Notes: a model not told the origin generated them from the letters alone. A stretch of DNA of 32,000 nt from Candidatus Lokiarchaeum ossiferum (GCA_025839675.1 CP104013.1:5580001-5612000), one strand, 5' to 3'. Positions 9,924 through 18,465 are shown, counted from the first letter of the stretch. Numbers and translations: made by a program.

Positions 9924-10037
9924 AATTTTTCACGTTTTTTTTTTGAATAAACACATCATATTTTCTATGATAAATCATAATTTTTTTTATCTTTCTTAAA
10001 TATATCTCAACTATACTAAATTGTGAATTGAGTAAAC

Positions 10038-10325
10038 ATGGCTGAAGAAAAGAAAAAAAATATTTTAACACAGTTGAATGGAGAAATCCTAAATTTTAGC
10101 GAAAAAGTCTTTGGAAAACAAGGAAGGGAGTTTTTAGAATCTACCCAGAAACAAATTCACGATTTTAATATTGGAGCTATTCGCTCATTCGTTAATTTTA
10201 CTGATCAGTTAATAGCCGATACAAAACTCCAAGAAAATGAATTGGTGAAAAAATCCTCCAATACGGTGAAAGATCTGTTGCGCCAATTTGGAGTAATAGA
10301 AGAAGATTCTGAAGATGATTTTTAG
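10038..10325 (+). CDS. Small helical protein with acidic C-terminal tail (…IEEDSEDDF), unknown function
   Basis: 95-aa ORF with an ATG start, no TM segment and amphipathic-helix-like composition. Coding status is plausible but unsupported by any motif. Confidence 0.4.
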   Translation: MAEEKKKNILTQLNGEILNFSEKVFGKQGREFLESTQKQIHDFNIGAIRSFVNFTDQLIADTKLQENELVKKSSNTVKDLLRQFGVIEEDSEDDF

Positions 10326-10581
10326 AAATAACAATATTTAAAATTGATTCCATCGAAATCATTGTTTTTTTTGCTCAATATTATATATTCTCAGTTATTT
10401 CTTATGATTTTTACTATTGAAGGTTCAAGCAACTTTAATAAAGTAGATTTCGATTTTTTTTCAAACATGGTATATCACAAAATTCAACATTAAGATTTCT
10501 ACTTGTGAGAACAATTGGAAGCTTTCCTAAAATTTTTATTAATCCAAAGAATTTAGTCACGTTGTTTCTTAATTGTTTTGA

Positions 10582-10908
10582 TTGCTAATGAATCAAAATA
10601 GAATCATCATAGAAGTCATTGGTCGGACTTTTATTCTCCCGATGGATGCTGTTTATAGTTTTAATAATGCCGTTCTTGATGTATATGCTCCAAATTTTGA
10701 ATATAAGTTTAATAAAGCAGATATCCAACAAATTTCGTTATTGGACATGAATACAAAAATCACAACTGAGTTGCTTATGCTAAAAAAACTTATAGATCAT
10801 ACTATACCAAAAACAAATGATCCTTCTAACCAAGAATTCAAAAAATTGGATGATTCTAAGCCCAAAGAACCCAAAAAAGAAGTTAAATTAACCTCTGGAA
10901 TGATTTAG
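10582..10908 (+). CDS. Hypothetical protein with K/E/P-rich C-terminal tail
   Basis: 108-aa ORF. No recognisable motif. Confidence 0.35.
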   Translation: MLMNQNRIIIEVIGRTFILPMDAVYSFNNAVLDVYAPNFEYKFNKADIQQISLLDMNTKITTELLMLKKLIDHTIPKTNDPSNQEFKKLDDSKPKEPKKEVKLTSGMI

Positions 10909-10918
10909 GAAATCATTT

Positions 10919-11356
10919 TTATAAATTTTTTAATCCTTTATAATTCAAATCAATAATCTTATCGATTTTTTCAGCAATTAATTTTTGCTCTGGCATTACA
11001 TTACGAAAAGATGCTTTAGCTTCCATAAAAATACGAGTTGAGAGGGATCTTAATTGCTTTAAATCAACTTCTCCACGAATAAAGAAAACAAAGAAGATTT
11101 GTTTATGTAATGAAAATAATTCTTTCGATATTGTTACAATTTTACTTGTTTGAATGCCCATGTTTTCTCCAAAGGTGATTGTTGCGATATCCTGGTTAAA
11201 CAGCGATTTACCAATAGTTCCAATTGCGGATAATAAGCCTGAAAGTAAAGCATCATCAATTTTGACGAAATTATCGAAGTCGCGACTATAAAATGGGATA
11301 CCGCCATTATCACAGATGAGCATAGATTTTAAATTTGACATGGTTCCAATTTCCAA
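10919..11356 (-). CDS. Longin/roadblock-fold-like small regulatory protein (candidate)
   Basis: 145-aa soluble ORF. The pattern LICDNGGIPFYSRDF...DDALLSGLLSAIGTIGKSLF...ITFGE...IFFVFFIRGEVD (beta-beta-alpha-beta-beta-beta-alpha) recalls archaeal longin/roadblock (MglB-like) domains. The assignment rests on motif and secondary-structure pattern only. Confidence 0.4.
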   Translation of the reverse strand: MEIGTMSNLKSMLICDNGGIPFYSRDFDNFVKIDDALLSGLLSAIGTIGKSLFNQDIATITFGENMGIQTSKIVTISKELFSLHKQIFFVFFIRGEVDLKQLRSLSTRIFMEAKASFRNVMPEQKLIAEKIDKIIDLNYKGLKNL

Positions 11357-11638
11357 TAAGGTCTATCTATTGTACTATGTCTAGTACCTTCTAAATATTC
11401 TTACTTTTATACATAAATGTACATCCATTGGTTTTTAAATTTTCTTTCTTCGACATTCAGATAATTCTTATGATTATTTTTCTTCTTCTTCAATTCACTT
11501 TTGCAGTGGAAAACAAAAAATTATATTTTATAAACGTAAAAAATTAAATTCAAGTACTTAAGTCCGAAACATGTATTTTTTCTCTTAAGTGTTGACGACT
11601 TACGCAAAAAGTTATTAATTTATTTGGTGAATATTGCA

Positions 11639-12169
11639 ATGGAAATTAAAAATTGGTTCTCAGTCGAAGAATGTAAGGCTGCGATGGATGGGTTCAAAGC
11701 ACGGTTTGAAGCTAAAGATCTTGATGGTAAAGCCGATGCTGCTTATTATTTCCAAGCTTGCTTCGGAACAATTGCTGCTTCTCAAGCAGAAGAAGATGAC
11801 GAAGATAAACAAGAATTGTGGGAAAATTTAGCCGATAATTTAGAAGAATATCAAAGTATTGCTTATTTCATTGAAATTCGAGATAATGGACCAAAAATCG
11901 TTTTCTTGATGACCGAAAAAGAACAAAAAGTAGGTCTCTGGGATGGGGTCTACAGCAAAGAAGAAGCAGAAAAAATATGTCCTGCTAAAAATTATGTATG
12001 GATGGATTGGACTCCTGCTTGTCAATTGAAGATTATGATGGGTAACCCAAACACTGATGCAGAATTCTTCTCTGGTGATTTGAAGGTTGATGGATCTTTG
12101 AAATTAGCATCTATGCCCCGACAATTAGGGTATGACTTCTTTGAATTCTTAGAAATTGAAATTGATTAA
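11639..12169 (+). CDS. SCP2 (sterol-carrier-protein-2)-like lipid-binding domain protein
   Basis: The ORF track starts at TTG 11624; ATG at 11639 (MEIKNW...) is more likely. The C-terminal WMDWTPACQLKIMMGNPNTDAEFFSGDLKVDGSLKLASMPRQL matches the SCP2 signature (...G.l.p..AF..GKLKI.GN..LA.KL..L). An oligo-T run follows the stop. Confidence 0.55.
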   Translation: MEIKNWFSVEECKAAMDGFKARFEAKDLDGKADAAYYFQACFGTIAASQAEEDDEDKQELWENLADNLEEYQSIAYFIEIRDNGPKIVFLMTEKEQKVGLWDGVYSKEEAEKICPAKNYVWMDWTPACQLKIMMGNPNTDAEFFSGDLKVDGSLKLASMPRQLGYDFFEFLEIEID

Positions 12170-12182
12170 ATCTCTTTTAATA

Positions 12183-12191
12183 TTTTTTTTT
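12183..12191 (+). terminator. Oligo-T tract (T9) downstream of the SCP2-like gene, candidate archaeal terminator
   Basis: A run of nine T begins 14 nt after the TAA stop at 12167-12169. Oligo-T is the known archaeal termination signal. Confidence 0.4.
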
Positions 12192-12398
12192 CTTTTCCAA
12201 ATTTATCATTCAGATTAATTTTGTCGCTTCATGAGGTCATTTTGAAGAGATATTTGTATGCAACTGCAAAAAATGCTTGGTTATTAAGTTGTTCTTCTAA
12301 TTTTTGTCCCAATATTATCACGATCTAAAAATAATATCCTATGATTCCAAATTCCGCAGATTTTTTACTCAAGAAGGTATTCTTTATTATGAAAATCA

Positions 12399-13136
12399 AT
12401 GATAGAAATTCACAATCTGGACTTAAGAAATAAAACCATTTTGGAGGTGGGCACAGGACGAGGTGGCACCACATTGGAATTGATTGAGTTACTAAAGAAG
12501 TTTCCAAGTGCAAAATTGATCACTTCTGATATAATTGATGTAAAAGAAGAACTGATGCAATTTTGTCAAGGATTTATGAATGTCCAAAATCGCATTACAT
12601 TTATCCAATCAGACGCAACTGATTTGAATTCAATTCCTAATGAATCCATTGATATTATTATTGTGAATTATACCCTCTGCGCCATTAATTCTATTATTGG
12701 AAAACTTACTATGGCAATAAATCGCTTTTTTCACTTGCTAAAACCAGGTGGTATATTGCTAATCGAAGAAGAATACCCAATTGAAAGCGCAAAAACTGAA
12801 AATCAATGTATTTGGGCGGACAAATGGCGTATGTTAAAAACAGCCTTGATTTCTTCAGGAAATTTACCTTTCAATGAAATCCATCCTGATCAATTAACAC
12901 AAATTCTATCTCTACTTAATTTTATTGAAATTGAAAAGGAAGATGGCCTTAATATGTTACATCATTCCGAAATTCTCCCTCTCTTCGAATATCAAATCTC
13001 TGGTAGTATTTCTTCTAATGGAGATTCTTATCTTGAAAAAGGATTACTGAAGTGGGCTGGTAAAATCAAGAAAAAAATCGAAAAATTAGAGTTTATGGAA
13101 ATTCCTTACTATAGATTGAGTGCAAAAAAGACTTGA
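12399..13136 (+). CDS. Class I SAM-dependent methyltransferase
   Basis: 245-aa ORF. Motif I ILEVGTGRGGTTLELI, an acidic residue after beta-2 (ITSDI), motif post-I/II IQSDATDL, and LKPGGILLIEE. Confidence 0.8.
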   Translation: MIEIHNLDLRNKTILEVGTGRGGTTLELIELLKKFPSAKLITSDIIDVKEELMQFCQGFMNVQNRITFIQSDATDLNSIPNESIDIIIVNYTLCAINSIIGKLTMAINRFFHLLKPGGILLIEEEYPIESAKTENQCIWADKWRMLKTALISSGNLPFNEIHPDQLTQILSLLNFIEIEKEDGLNMLHHSEILPLFEYQISGSISSNGDSYLEKGLLKWAGKIKKKIEKLEFMEIPYYRLSAKKT

Positions 13137-13202
13137 ACAAATTATTCTTGAAAAATTATTGACCCCTTCTTTTTTAAAAGGTAATTCTGGAGAATTTACA
13201 CA

Positions 13203-14468
13203 ATGCCGATTCAAATTGATGATCTTCCTACCATATCCAAATCTCAATTACAAAAATTGTTCATCGTAGGTACCCACTTACATAAATGGCAAAATGAATC
13301 ATCTACTGGTATAGAAGATGTGTTTGTGGAACAAGGTTTTGTCCAAATTGATCCTTTAAATCCTGCGGGAAGAAATCATGATCACTTTTTTTTGTCTCGA
13401 ATGCCTCAATACCTGCAAGGAATGGCAGAAAAACAACTTTATTCAAATAATGTACTTTTTGAAAGTTATTTTCATTCTTTGAATATGATTTCAATGAAAT
13501 ATTTTCCATTGTTCTATTGTCGAAGATCTCGCCAGTATCTTCATGATTATTATTTGCGACAACTCAAAGTATTGGAATCGAATCATCCCCAGCTTATACC
13601 CAAAGTTAAAGAATATATGCAATCCAAAGGTCCGTTAAAAATTGATGATGTTAAACAATTTGGGAAACCCGCATCAGGAGATACAAAATGGACGACTAAT
13701 TCTTTTCGGGCAAATATTCTGGAGATATTGTGGGCCTTGGGGGAACTAAAGGTAGTGAAAAGAGATGAAAATTTCCGCAAATATTTTGATTTTATCGAAA
13801 AATATGTTGATCCTCCCCAATTAAAACGAACCCAATTGTCTGATAAATTACTTTACAATAAACGAATGTCCCTTTTTCTTCATAGTTTTCCTGTAATTGC
13901 TTCCAAGATAACTGTCGGAAAAGCAGATAGACTTCGCTTACCTCGTGGAAAAAAAACATGGGTCAAGCTTTTAGATTCTCCTATTGAAAATTTAATAGAA
14001 ACAAAGTCACGCGGAAAAAAAGCTCGTTTTACCCCCAATCTTGTATATTACAAAGAAAAAAAGCGGATTTATTTTGTTCCTCAATCTTGGGAATCTATGT
14101 GCGAACAAGATTTCGATTCAGAAATGCGTGCTATTGCTCCCTTAGATCCTTTAATTTGGGATCGTGATATACTTCAAGATGTATTTAATTTTGAGTATAA
14201 ATGGGAGGTTTATACACCTATCGCACAGCGAAAATGGGGTTATTATGTTTATCCGCTATTATTTCAAGGAAAGTTCATTGGGCGTTTAGAAGCAAAAAAA
14301 CTTAAAAAATCCTCAGAATTAATGTTGTCAAACTTTCAACCCATTCCACGTTTGAAATATACTTCACTTCTGAAAAATAAGTTTGCTGAACTTGCATCTC
14401 GATGGCAGATTATGATTGGGGCCGATTCTGTAAAATTTGATGAAAGCTTTTCCAAATTACTAAATTGA
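13203..14468 (+). CDS. Winged-helix AlkZ/YcaQ-like protein (DNA interstrand-crosslink glycosylase family, HTH_42/DUF1006)
   Basis: 421-aa ORF. FVQIDPLNPAGRNHDHFFLSR near the N-terminus and RKWGYYVYPLLFQGKFIGRLEAKK near the C-terminus match conserved blocks of the YcaQ/AlkZ family (from memory). Confidence 0.65.
   Translation: MPIQIDDLPTISKSQLQKLFIVGTHLHKWQNESSTGIEDVFVEQGFVQIDPLNPAGRNHDHFFLSRMPQYLQGMAEKQLYSNNVLFESYFHSLNMISMKYFPLFYCRRSRQYLHDYYLRQLKVLESNHPQLIPKVKEYMQSKGPLKIDDVKQFGKPASGDTKWTTNSFRANILEILWALGELKVVKRDENFRKYFDFIEKYVDPPQLKRTQLSDKLLYNKRMSLFLHSFPVIASKITVGKADRLRLPRGKKTWVKLLDSPIENLIETKSRGKKARFTPNLVYYKEKKRIYFVPQSWESMCEQDFDSEMRAIAPLDPLIWDRDILQDVFNFEYKWEVYTPIAQRKWGYYVYPLLFQGKFIGRLEAKKLKKSSELMLSNFQPIPRLKYTSLLKNKFAELASRWQIMIGADSVKFDESFSKLLN
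14197..14468 (+). repeat. Direct repeat copy A (3' end of the AlkZ-like gene)
   Basis: 272 nt align without gaps to 17181..17452. My manual codon-by-codon count gives about 30 mismatches, roughly 89% identity. Confidence 0.85.
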
Positions 14469-14573
14469 AGGTTATTAATTTCATTTTTAATAGTATTTAA
14501 ATCAATTACTACATAGGTAATTCTGAGACAATTAGCATCTGCTCTCTAATTTATATCCAAAATATTGACTTGA

Positions 14574-14586
14574 ATTGATATTTGGT
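14574..14586 (+). repeat. 13-nt direct repeat ATTGATATTTGGT, left copy
   Basis: An exact 13-mer is also present at 17050..17062. The two copies bracket the wHTH plus beta-helix gene cassette. Confidence 0.35.
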
Positions 14587-14664
14587 GGGATATCTGGGAG
14601 TTCAGTGTCTGGAGTGGCGAATTTATAAGAATTTGATAATGGACTCTATTGGATTTTTATCCTC

Positions 14665-15039
14665 TTACTTTTTAAATGAATTCACACTATTGAGTATGTT
14701 TTCAATTTCCCTGAGATATATTTCTAGTTTTTCTCCACCGTTCGAAGTTATTTTGACCATTTTCAAAGGTCGAGGGGAAAAATAGATAAAATCATTTACC
14801 CAACCTTCATTTTTTAAGATCTTTAGATGATGATCCAAATTTCCTGAGGTTGTTTTTAAAAGTTTTTGCATCTTCGTAAATCCCAGGCGATCGTAATTAT
14901 ACAAGAGAAACATTATATTGAACCTCAATGGAACTTTCAATATTTTATCTGAGCTAAGAAGAGGAAGTGAAATTTGATCATCCGTTTCATTAGAATTGTG
15001 CGGAATGAAATCATTGATTGATTTAGATTTTTCTTGCAC
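14665..15039 (-). CDS. Winged-helix transcriptional regulator (ArsR/HTH_34-like)
   Basis: 124-aa ORF. LRFNIMFLLYNYDRLGFTKMQKLLKTTSGNLDHHLKILKNEGWV fits the wHTH recognition-helix pattern T-x-G-N-L-x-x-H-L-x-x-L-x-x-x-G. It starts 4 nt after the stop of the upstream beta-helix gene. Confidence 0.7.
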   Translation of the reverse strand: MQEKSKSINDFIPHNSNETDDQISLPLLSSDKILKVPLRFNIMFLLYNYDRLGFTKMQKLLKTTSGNLDHHLKILKNEGWVNDFIYFSPRPLKMVKITSNGGEKLEIYLREIENILNSVNSFKK

Positions 15040-15043
15040 TTTA

Positions 15044-16966
15044 TTACACTTCCTTTTGATTCCCTATTTCCGAAATATCGGTTCCAATTGATGAAATTTT
15101 CTTCCCTATTATCCCGATTAATAAAAAGAGTAATATCATTAAGAAATTAAGTTCACTGATTATATATCTATTAAATATCAGGAATAATAAGTAAGATCTT
15201 CTAAATAATCCATAATTATTTATTGAAGATATCAGTATGAAGAACCCTATAAGAATTACTATAATGATGATCAGCATTCTTTTGGTTATTTTCTTATCAA
15301 GGTTTGAAAGACTTGAAGAGATAATATAGAAAATTGTGAAAATAACAATGATATAGAAAATAATATAGGTGGAAAATAAGCCGTTCACAATTGATTGAAT
15401 AACAATGAAATGTACTAAATTTAGAAGAATAGAAATCCCAAAAGTTTTCCCAAGCAGTCTTTTTGAGTGTTTAGGATTATTAAAAGTAATACTTTTTGGG
15501 ATTTTTCTTAATTCTATTGTAGAGTAAATCGCTGCTAAGAGATAAAGTGTGGCCAAAATCCATTGAATTGTATTCAAAACAGGGTATGTTTTGTTTTGAA
15601 AGGTGGAAAAGATAATGAAATAATAGAGAATACTTCCAGTGATTAGTAACCAATAAATCACTTTTTTAAATCGAAATTTTTCATACAACTCCAATCTTCC
15701 ATAATTGTCGTAAATAAAATACCATGAATCACTATTTTCAAGATTAATTACTTCTTTAACTTGATTTATACGAAATTGTATCAAATTCAATTTATGACGA
15801 AATATTAATGATATATTCACAATTAGGGGAATAACAGCTAAGGAAAAGATCATTAATATCAAGTATCCTGACGAAATAATCGTAGAATTGAAGAAATAGA
15901 AAAATTTCAATGAAAAATTTTCTGAAATCCCATATTGTGAGAGATAAAAACAATTATGATGAACGTGAATTTTATTTAGAATACTCCCAGAAATTTTCTC
16001 AAGTACAGAATCACCATGTTCGATTCTTAAAAGAAAATCATCGAAATTTAAAAAGTAATTATCAATTATCCAAACTTCATAACACATAGAGATGAAGACT
16101 GGATACTCACTTCCACTAAAAATATTGTCTAAAATGGTAATATTTTGTCCGTCATGAACTCCAAATGCGTAGGATAGATAAAATATTTCATTTTCATATC
16201 TTGCCTCCAATGCAGAAAATATATTTCCAGATAATTCAGCATTTTTTACCTTTTTTAAATATACATTTCGAAGTGAATTCTCGGATAAAACAAGATTTGA
16301 GATGTTTGAAAAATGATTCGCACCCCAAGAATACAAGCCACGATTCTCTATTATTTCACAATTTAAGGAATTCGTGAAAAAAAGAGTATATTCAGAAACA
16401 CCTAAAATGCTATTGTTGAACATGCGAATATTTTGGCTATTTGAAACAAAAACTAAAGAATAAGCATATCCACTCCTTATTTCACAGTTTTCTATCCGAA
16501 TATTCGAAGAATCTTCAATCCAAAGTACTTTCTCAATATCATTTTAATTTGCCACCGAAGTATGAAAATAACAATTCCGAATGATCAGATAATCCGTGAT
16601 ATTCTCTATCCTAAGTCCATGGGTAGTATTATCTGAATAAAATCGAAAATTCTCGATAATGAAAGCCGATTCCCAAGATTTCCCATCTCCTGTCTGCGAA
16701 ATATTCTCCAAGTCAGATAGATTAGTTATATTTATTGAGAAGAAATCAATCATATCGTCTTTATCGTCGAGAGTGAATGATTTGATACCGTCTATACTCT
16801 TTTGAGCTAGAACTTCAGCTTCTATTTCATTGATGCTGGGATTGATCAAATATTGGGATAATCCTCCAAGAAACACTAACCCTACGAGAATATAAAGAAA
16901 AATGAATAAAAATGTCTCAAAATTTCCTTTTCGAATTTCTTTCTTATTCGTTAATTTTTTATGCAT
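15044..16966 (-). pseudogene. Membrane protein with N-terminal anchor, right-handed parallel beta-helix repeats and a C-terminal ~7-8 TM domain; interrupted by one in-frame TAA (16546-16544)
   Basis: ORFs 16544..16966 and 15044..16423 are in the same frame. The 40 codons between them are open and continue the repeat pattern (...CYFHTSVAN*NDIEKVLWIEDSSNIRIENCEIRSGYAYSLVFVSNSQNIRMFNNSI...). Units of the I-x-I-x-N-x-x-I type (GLRIENITDYLIIRNCYF, LFFTNSLNCEIIENRG, GQNITILDNIF) are typical of NosD/pectin-lyase-like beta-helices. Confidence 0.6.
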
Positions 16967-17049
16967 AGTACAAATTTAGTTTGCCCCTATTTAAATCGGG
17001 GATATTCTCTGTACTACAGAGAAACAAATAGATCTATATTTTTATTATT

Positions 17050-17062
17050 ATTGATATTTGGT
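17050..17062 (+). repeat. 13-nt direct repeat ATTGATATTTGGT, right copy
   Basis: Exact match to 14574..14586. Confidence 0.35.
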
Positions 17063-17122
17063 CAGTAGGATTATTTGATCTAAAGGAAGTGTGAGAAAAC
17101 TGAAGAAATGAAAACAATTTGA

Positions 17123-17452
17123 ACTTTTTATAATGCGGATGAAACTGTTGTTGATACCAGTGGTGAAATTATTAAATCTAATAAATGGGAGGTTAATACA
17201 TCAATCACACAACGAAAATGGGGTTATTGTGTATATCCTCTATTATTTCAAGGAAAGCTCATTGGACGTATAGAAGCAAAAAAACTTAATAAATACTCAG
17301 AATTAATGTTGTCAAACTTTCACCCCATTCCACGTTTGAAATTAACTTCACTTCTGAAAAACAAGTTTGCTGAACTTGCATCTCGATGGCAGATTATGAT
17401 TGGGACCGATACCGTGAAATTTGATGAAATCTTTAAAACATTACTTGATTAA
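17123..17452 (+). pseudogene. Truncated paralogous copy of the AlkZ/YcaQ-like gene (C-terminal ~90 codons only, no start codon)
   Basis: Open frame after the TGA at 17120-17122. It reads ...KWEVNTSITQRKWGYCVYPLLFQGKLIGRIEAKKLNKYSELMLSNFHPIPRLKLTSLLKNKFAELASRWQIMIGTDTVKFDEIFKTLLD*, co-linear with the last ~90 aa of 13203..14468. There is no ATG/GTG/TTG upstream of the homologous part. Confidence 0.7.
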
Positions 17453-17466
17453 TGTTTTAAAATGAA

Positions 17467-18357
17467 TTAAAAAATACTGTTGCCACAATGATCGCAGTAA
17501 ATGGAGGCTAGGTTTTTTATATTCTTCCCACAAGAGGGACATTTTTTTGAAGTTTTTGCAGTGTTTAGACCCGCTTTTGAAATTCTAACAGGATTAATTA
17601 TCCGAGTTTCTTGTGAATTCGAGATCGGGTCAAAGATTGGATTTGTTGTTGTTTTTGGGGTGTTATTAAAGATTGGATTTGTTGTTGGTTTTGGGGCGTG
17701 GTCAAAGATTGGATTTGTTGTTGGTTTTGGGGTGTGGTCAAAGATTGGATTTGTTGTTGGTTTTGGGGTGTGGTCAAAGATTGGATTTGTTGTTGGTTTT
17801 GGGGGGTTATTAAAGATTGGATTTGTTGTTGTTTTTGGGGTGTTATCAAAGATCGGATTCGTTGATGTTTTTGGTGCTGGTTTGTATGCTGTTTTCTTGC
17901 TTGATTTGACCTTGGGACTAATTTTCGGAGATACGGGTTTTGTTTTATTAGGTTTTGCAATGCTGTTTGTTTTAAAGGTAGGGTTTCCTATGGCTACTGA
18001 ATTAATTTGAGGTGGAATATTTGCACTTTGATTAGAGGTTTCAGGATATAATGCCTTAATTCGTTTCTGGGATATGATCATTGCTGGTAGAAAAACAATA
18101 TAAATTATTAATCTTGCCATGGCTGTACCCGCTGATGCGCCTCCGTAGACTATTCCTCCTTTCATTGATTTTTTAAAAGATCTAAAAGCAACCCAAGAAA
18201 AAAATAATAAAACAAGGAAAAACCCCACATACATTCCGAAATGACCAAATATCAATCCACTCATAAAAATATCAAACGAAACAAAAATTAATTCCAAGAT
18301 TAGCGTATTTATGAAAAAGTTGGAATAACTCTTTGAAATGGCTTCATCTTTCGTCAT
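17467..18357 (-). CDS. Membrane protein: N-terminal TM helices, P/T/N/K-rich disordered region with 7 tandem 12-aa repeats, C-terminal zinc ribbon
   Basis: 296-aa ORF. TM helices in aa ~15-100, the PKPTTNPIFDHT-type repeats, and C-terminal CPSCGKNIKNLASIYCDHCGNSIF (CxxC...CxxC). Confidence 0.65.
   Translation of the reverse strand: MTKDEAISKSYSNFFINTLILELIFVSFDIFMSGLIFGHFGMYVGFFLVLLFFSWVAFRSFKKSMKGGIVYGGASAGTAMARLIIYIVFLPAMIISQKRIKALYPETSNQSANIPPQINSVAIGNPTFKTNSIAKPNKTKPVSPKISPKVKSSKKTAYKPAPKTSTNPIFDNTPKTTTNPIFNNPPKPTTNPIFDHTPKPTTNPIFDHTPKPTTNPIFDHAPKPTTNPIFNNTPKTTTNPIFDPISNSQETRIINPVRISKAGLNTAKTSKKCPSCGKNIKNLASIYCDHCGNSIF
17623..17874 (-). repeat. Tandem coding repeat, 36-nt unit x7 (PKPTTNPIFDHT)
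   Basis: Units read PKTSTNPIFDNT, PKTTTNPIFNNP, PKPTTNPIFDHT, PKPTTNPIFDHT, PKPTTNPIFDHA, PKPTTNPIFNNT, PKTTTNPIFDPI. The central units are near-identical at the DNA level (gtcaaagattggatttgttgttggttttggggtgtg on the + strand). Confidence 0.9.
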
Positions 18358-18465
18358 ATGCTATAAGTTGTTGGAACTAAATAATAAATCTTATTTTTAG
18401 AAACTTACTTCAATAATTATATTTTTATAAATAATTATTACAAAGGCTGATTTTATTATAAAAAA

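Noticed and set aside
14582-14785. 67-aa + strand ORF overlapping the 3' end of the wHTH regulator gene
   Set aside because: It has a TTG start and lies antisense to a motif-supported CDS for most of its length. Its composition is hydrophobic and low-complexity, so it is likely spurious.
16981-17030. Two small hairpins (GCCCC-tatttaaatc-GGGG and CTCTG-tacta-CAGAG) just upstream of the beta-helix gene start
   Set aside because: The stems are only 4-5 bp and have no flanking oligo-T in the appropriate orientation. I cannot tell them apart from chance structure or an ordinary promoter region.
17501-18010. 169-aa + strand ORF and 120-aa - strand ORF (17598..17960) overlapping the zinc-ribbon/repeat gene
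   Set aside because: Both exist only because the 36-nt tandem repeat keeps alternative frames open. Their products are monotonous (GFVVGFGVWSKI..., QQQIQSLTTPQN...). The 17467..18357 frame has coherent TM, linker and zinc-ribbon architecture.
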